Assembly: GCA_015478645.1 (NCBI GenBank)
Contig: JADMIL010000004.1
Location: forward strand, 34,555 to 98,554
Source: Candidatus Binataceae bacterium
Lineage (GTDB): Bacteria; Desulfobacterota; Binatia; Binatales; Binataceae
DNA: 64,000 bases
Direction: 5' to 3'
Positions 60,861 to 64,000 of the stretch are shown here, one piece after another. Numbering within the stretch: the stretch's first letter is position 1; every line of letters begins with the position of its first letter. Made by a program: the position numbers and the translations under genes. Below the pieces are notes generated by a model, which saw only the letters and a program-made list of their open reading frames with translations, was not told the origin of the DNA and searched no databases.

Positions 60861-62384
60861 ATGGTCAACCCCGTTGAGCAAATCGGCAAGTCGCGGCTGC
60901 GCCTGGCGCGCCTGGCGGCGGCGCGCGCGGCGATCGGCGGCGCACTGCCGTGCGGGCTGACGGTGGCGATCGCGCTCAGCCTCGATTGGGTCGGCGCGAT
61001 GACCTGGGAGCGCTTCGGCTATATCCTCTCGCCGGACAGCGAATTGTCCCTCGGCGAAGCGCTGCTCGGGTTGGCGGTGGCCGAACTGGTGGTGCTGGGG
61101 CTGCTGGCGTGGCGCGCCTATCGCAAGGCCAACGACTTTCTCGCGACCGCGGAAGTAATCGACCGGCACGTCGGCGGTCATCAGGAGATAATCACTCTGG
61201 CGACGCTGGCCGACCCGGCCAATCCGGACAGCCGGGCGCGGCGATCGCCGCTGTTCCCGATGCTCTGGCGGCGCACGATCGCGTATCTCGATCTGTTCGA
61301 TCCGCGGCGCGAGTTCCGCCTCGAGCCGGGGCCGCCGCTCAAGCGATCGTCGCTGGCCGCCGCGGCGACGCTCGCGGTCTTGAGCCTGGCGATGCTCGCC
61401 TTCGTCGAAATTCCCACGCCCGCCCAAGCGATCGCGCATCGCTTGCGCGCGGTTGCACGCGGCCTCGAGAGCGCGGGCGCGTCGTCCGCCGATCGCGCGC
61501 TGGCTGCCGCGATGATCGGGGTGGCCAAAGATCTCGATAATCCGCATCTGCCGCCTGAACAGAAGCTCGCCGAGCTGCAGGCGATCAAGCGCGAACTCGA
61601 GCAGCATCAGGATCAGCGCCAGAGCGGCAGCGGCGCCGCCCAGAGCGCCGCGGGCAATTCGGCCGGCGGTTCGGGCAGCGGGTCCGGCAGTGGTGACAGC
61701 AAGGGCAGCGGCAACGGCAGTGGATCCGGGGCGGGACAAGGTGCGGGTCAAGGCGCCGGCAGCGGCAAGGGCAGCGGTCCCGGCCAGGACGCCGGCAGCG
61801 GCGGCAAGGGCAAGCAGAAAGGCCAGCAGATGGTCGAGCTGGGCAACGATATCGCGAAAGCGCAGGCGCAAATTCAGGCCGCGGCCCGCGCGCCCGATCC
61901 GGCCAAAGGCCAGGGCCAGGATAAAGGCGGCACCGGCGCCGCGCCCAAGGCGGGCGACAATCCCAACGCCTCCGGGCCCAACCAACTCGCCAACAGCGCC
62001 GGCAACGCGACCCTGCCCCAGCCCGGCAGCGCGATGCGCAGTAATCTGCCGGCGCCCTCGAGCGGCACGCCGAGCGGTCGGCGCGACGACAAGGGCGCGA
62101 TGGGCGACACGCATCTGGGCGAGACGCCCAAGGCGGGCAACTACGAACGCTACTACAAGGCCGGTGACGGGCCGCCGCTCGAGATTCGCGACGCGCGCTA
62201 TGTGACCTTTCGGCTGCCCGGCGCGGCGGCCAATAATGCGGGTGCGGGGCGCACGGTGGCCGACCGCGAGCATCAGCAGGCCAGCGCCGCCTATACCAAC
62301 GCGCCGCTCAAACAGGAGCGGCTGACCGACACCCCCGACGAGCGCCAACTGGTGCCGCCGCGTTACCGCGATTTGATCAATTAG
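60861..62384 (+). CDS. Membrane protein with coiled coil and Gly/Ser-rich linker (MoxR-operon associated)
   Basis: Three N-terminal TMs, GS-rich tract, C-terminal VPPRYRDLI. Confidence 0.7.
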   Translation: MVNPVEQIGKSRLRLARLAAARAAIGGALPCGLTVAIALSLDWVGAMTWERFGYILSPDSELSLGEALLGLAVAELVVLGLLAWRAYRKANDFLATAEVIDRHVGGHQEIITLATLADPANPDSRARRSPLFPMLWRRTIAYLDLFDPRREFRLEPGPPLKRSSLAAAATLAVLSLAMLAFVEIPTPAQAIAHRLRAVARGLESAGASSADRALAAAMIGVAKDLDNPHLPPEQKLAELQAIKRELEQHQDQRQSGSGAAQSAAGNSAGGSGSGSGSGDSKGSGNGSGSGAGQGAGQGAGSGKGSGPGQDAGSGGKGKQKGQQMVELGNDIAKAQAQIQAAARAPDPAKGQGQDKGGTGAAPKAGDNPNASGPNQLANSAGNATLPQPGSAMRSNLPAPSSGTPSGRRDDKGAMGDTHLGETPKAGNYERYYKAGDGPPLEIRDARYVTFRLPGAAANNAGAGRTVADREHQQASAAYTNAPLKQERLTDTPDERQLVPPRYRDLIN

Positions 62385-62409
62385 GCGCGACCCGGTGGCC
62401 TGGGCAAGA

Positions 62410-62437
62410 TCTGGTTCATAAGGTCTGGTTCATAAGG
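62410..62437. repeat. Perfect 14-bp tandem duplication
   Basis: TCTGGTTCATAAGG x2 immediately upstream of the moxR RBS. Confidence 0.85.
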
Positions 62438-62448
62438 AAGGATTATCG

Positions 62449-63462
62449 ATGGGAGCCGCTCCCCAAATTTCACCCAATGAACGCGTCACCGATTTCCGCA
62501 AGACCTTCGCCCGCGCCGAGGCCGAGGTCGGGCGCGTAATCGTCGGCCATCGCGACGTTGTCCGCAAGCTGCTCACGGCGCTGTTTTGCGGCGGCCATAT
62601 CCTGATCGAGGGCGTGCCCGGCCTGGGCAAGACGCTGATGGTCAAGACGGCCGCCGAAACCCTGGGCTTAAGCTTCAAGCGGATCCAGTTCACGCCCGAC
62701 CTGATGCCCTCGGATATCGTCGGCACGCAGGTGCTGGCGGAGAGCGACGGCAAGCGCGAGTTCAACTTCAAGGCCGGACCAATCTTCGCCCACGTGGTGC
62801 TCGGCGACGAGATCAACCGGGCGACGCCCAAGACCCAGTCGGCGGTGCTCGAAGCGATGGAGGAGCGTCAGGTCACGGTCTTCGGCACGACCTACCAGCT
62901 CGATCCGCCGTTCTTCGTGCTGGCGACGCAAAATCCGATCGAGCTCGAAGGCACCTATCCGCTGCCTGAGGCGCAGATGGATCGCTTTCTGTTCAAGGTC
63001 GTGCTCGGGCCGCCCAAGCCCGACGAATTGCGCGAGATTCTTACCCGCACGACCGGCGCCGCGACCTACAAGGTCCAATCGATCTTCGAGAGTGGGCTGG
63101 CGCCGCAGAAGATCGAGGCGCTCAAGGCGCTGGTGCGCGAGGTGATGGTCGGCGAGCCGATCGAGCGCTATATCATCGCGATCATGGGCGCCTGCACGCC
63201 GGGCGGTCCCGACGCGATTCCGGAGGTCTCGCAGTACCTGCGCTTCGGGCCGAGTCCGCGCGGCGCGCAATCGATCATCCTGTGCGCCAAGGTCAACGCG
63301 CTGCTCGAGGGGCGGGTGACGGTCAGCTACGAGGACGTCGAGGATGCGACGACTCCGGCGCTGCGCCATCGCCTGCTGCGCAACTTCCAGGCCGAGGCCG
63401 AAAACGTCAGCGCCGAAGCGATCCTCGAGCAGGCGCTCAAGCGCCTCAAGCGGCCGCGCTAG
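62449..63462 (+). CDS. MoxR-family AAA+ ATPase
   Basis: EGVPGLGKT, RIQFTPDLMPSDI, DEINRA.PK.QSA.LEAM.E, ATQNPIE.EGTYPLPEAQ.DRF. Confidence 0.96.
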   Translation: MGAAPQISPNERVTDFRKTFARAEAEVGRVIVGHRDVVRKLLTALFCGGHILIEGVPGLGKTLMVKTAAETLGLSFKRIQFTPDLMPSDIVGTQVLAESDGKREFNFKAGPIFAHVVLGDEINRATPKTQSAVLEAMEERQVTVFGTTYQLDPPFFVLATQNPIELEGTYPLPEAQMDRFLFKVVLGPPKPDELREILTRTTGAATYKVQSIFESGLAPQKIEALKALVREVMVGEPIERYIIAIMGACTPGGPDAIPEVSQYLRFGPSPRGAQSIILCAKVNALLEGRVTVSYEDVEDATTPALRHRLLRNFQAEAENVSAEAILEQALKRLKRPR

Positions 63463-63466
63463 CGCG

Positions 63467-64000
63467 ATGCTTGGATTGCCCGAAGAGTTCACGCCGGAAT
63501 TTATCGCCCGGCTCGATCAGCTGCGGATCAAGACGCGGCGCGAGTTCGCCGGCCTCGGCAAGGGGACGCATCTGTCGCCCCGGCGCGGATCGTCGCTGGA
63601 ATTCAGCGACTTCCGCCACTACTCCGAGGGCGACGATTTCCGCTATATCGACTGGGGGCTCTACGGCCGCACCGACAAGCTCTACATCAAGCTGTTCAAG
63701 GAGGAAGAAGACCTCCTGACCTATATTTTCATCGACGCCAGCGCCTCGATGGGCTATCCGGAGCGCGATCGCAAGTTCGGCGTGGCGGTCGCGACGGCGC
63801 TCGCGCTGGCCTATATCGCGCTGGCCTCGGGCGATCGCGTGATGATCCGGGTGCTCGCCGGCCGCGGTCATCCGCCGCCGCCGGCGTTCGTCGTCGGACG
63901 CCATCGGATCGTCGATCTGGCGCGCAGCCTGACCGCGATTGCGCCGGGCGGCGAAGTCGATCTGGCGCCGGCGCTGGCCCGCGAGATGGTCGCAATCCGG
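63467..64000 (+). CDS. DUF58 (vWA-like) protein, runs off the window end
   Basis: Read from the sequence: MLGLPEEF..G.H.S.RRGSSLEFSDFRHY..GDDFRYIDW..YGRTDKLYIK.F.EE..DASASM. Confidence 0.9.
   Translation, partial: MLGLPEEFTPEFIARLDQLRIKTRREFAGLGKGTHLSPRRGSSLEFSDFRHYSEGDDFRYIDWGLYGRTDKLYIKLFKEEEDLLTYIFIDASASMGYPERDRKFGVAVATALALAYIALASGDRVMIRVLAGRGHPPPPAFVVGRHRIVDLARSLTAIAPGGEVDLAPALAREMVAIR

Noticed and set aside
59793-62348. 851-aa minus-strand ORF
   Set aside because: Antisense to mltG and the next gene

Overview
The window has two parts. (1) 1-17.8 kb is a single-strand phage-derived structural operon. It starts with the C-terminus of a Mu gpT-type major capsid protein and the Mu gp36/gp37 neck genes. 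A complete P2/Mu-like contractile tail follows: sheath, tube, a -1-frameshifting tail chaperone, a tape-measure-position ORF, U, X, D, V, W, J, I and fibre genes. The operon ends in a 1249-aa spike/adhesin-like protein. Several features are atypical of an active prophage: an RRM RNA-binding gene coupled into the tail operon, a short non-helical 'tape measure', a terminal spike protein with a Sec-type signal peptide, a nested beta-domain shared by the sheath and gp37, long intergenic spacers, and no gin/mom, lysis or att features at the right end. It may be a domesticated (GTA- or tailocin-like) particle; this is inference. (2) 17.9-64 kb is GC-rich host chromosome, with gene content suggestive of a Binatota/deltaproteobacteria-like organism (inference). 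It carries two GT-C-like membrane glycosyltransferases (one frameshifted), MscS, glnA, an acyl-CoA dehydrogenase, three sulfotransferases with GT2s, argJ, secA, murI, an SPL-like radical SAM, engB, cinA, pgpA, a DHS-like enzyme, a CysQ-like phosphatase, an MFS, an F420 LLM, a Kelch protein, an M23 peptidase, ruvX, mltG and MoxR/DUF58. A ~109-bp MITE with IS5-like ends wrapped around a REP-like hairpin occurs twice, plus one bare hairpin. No rRNA, tRNA or CRISPR was seen. All family calls come from motif recognition, not database searches.
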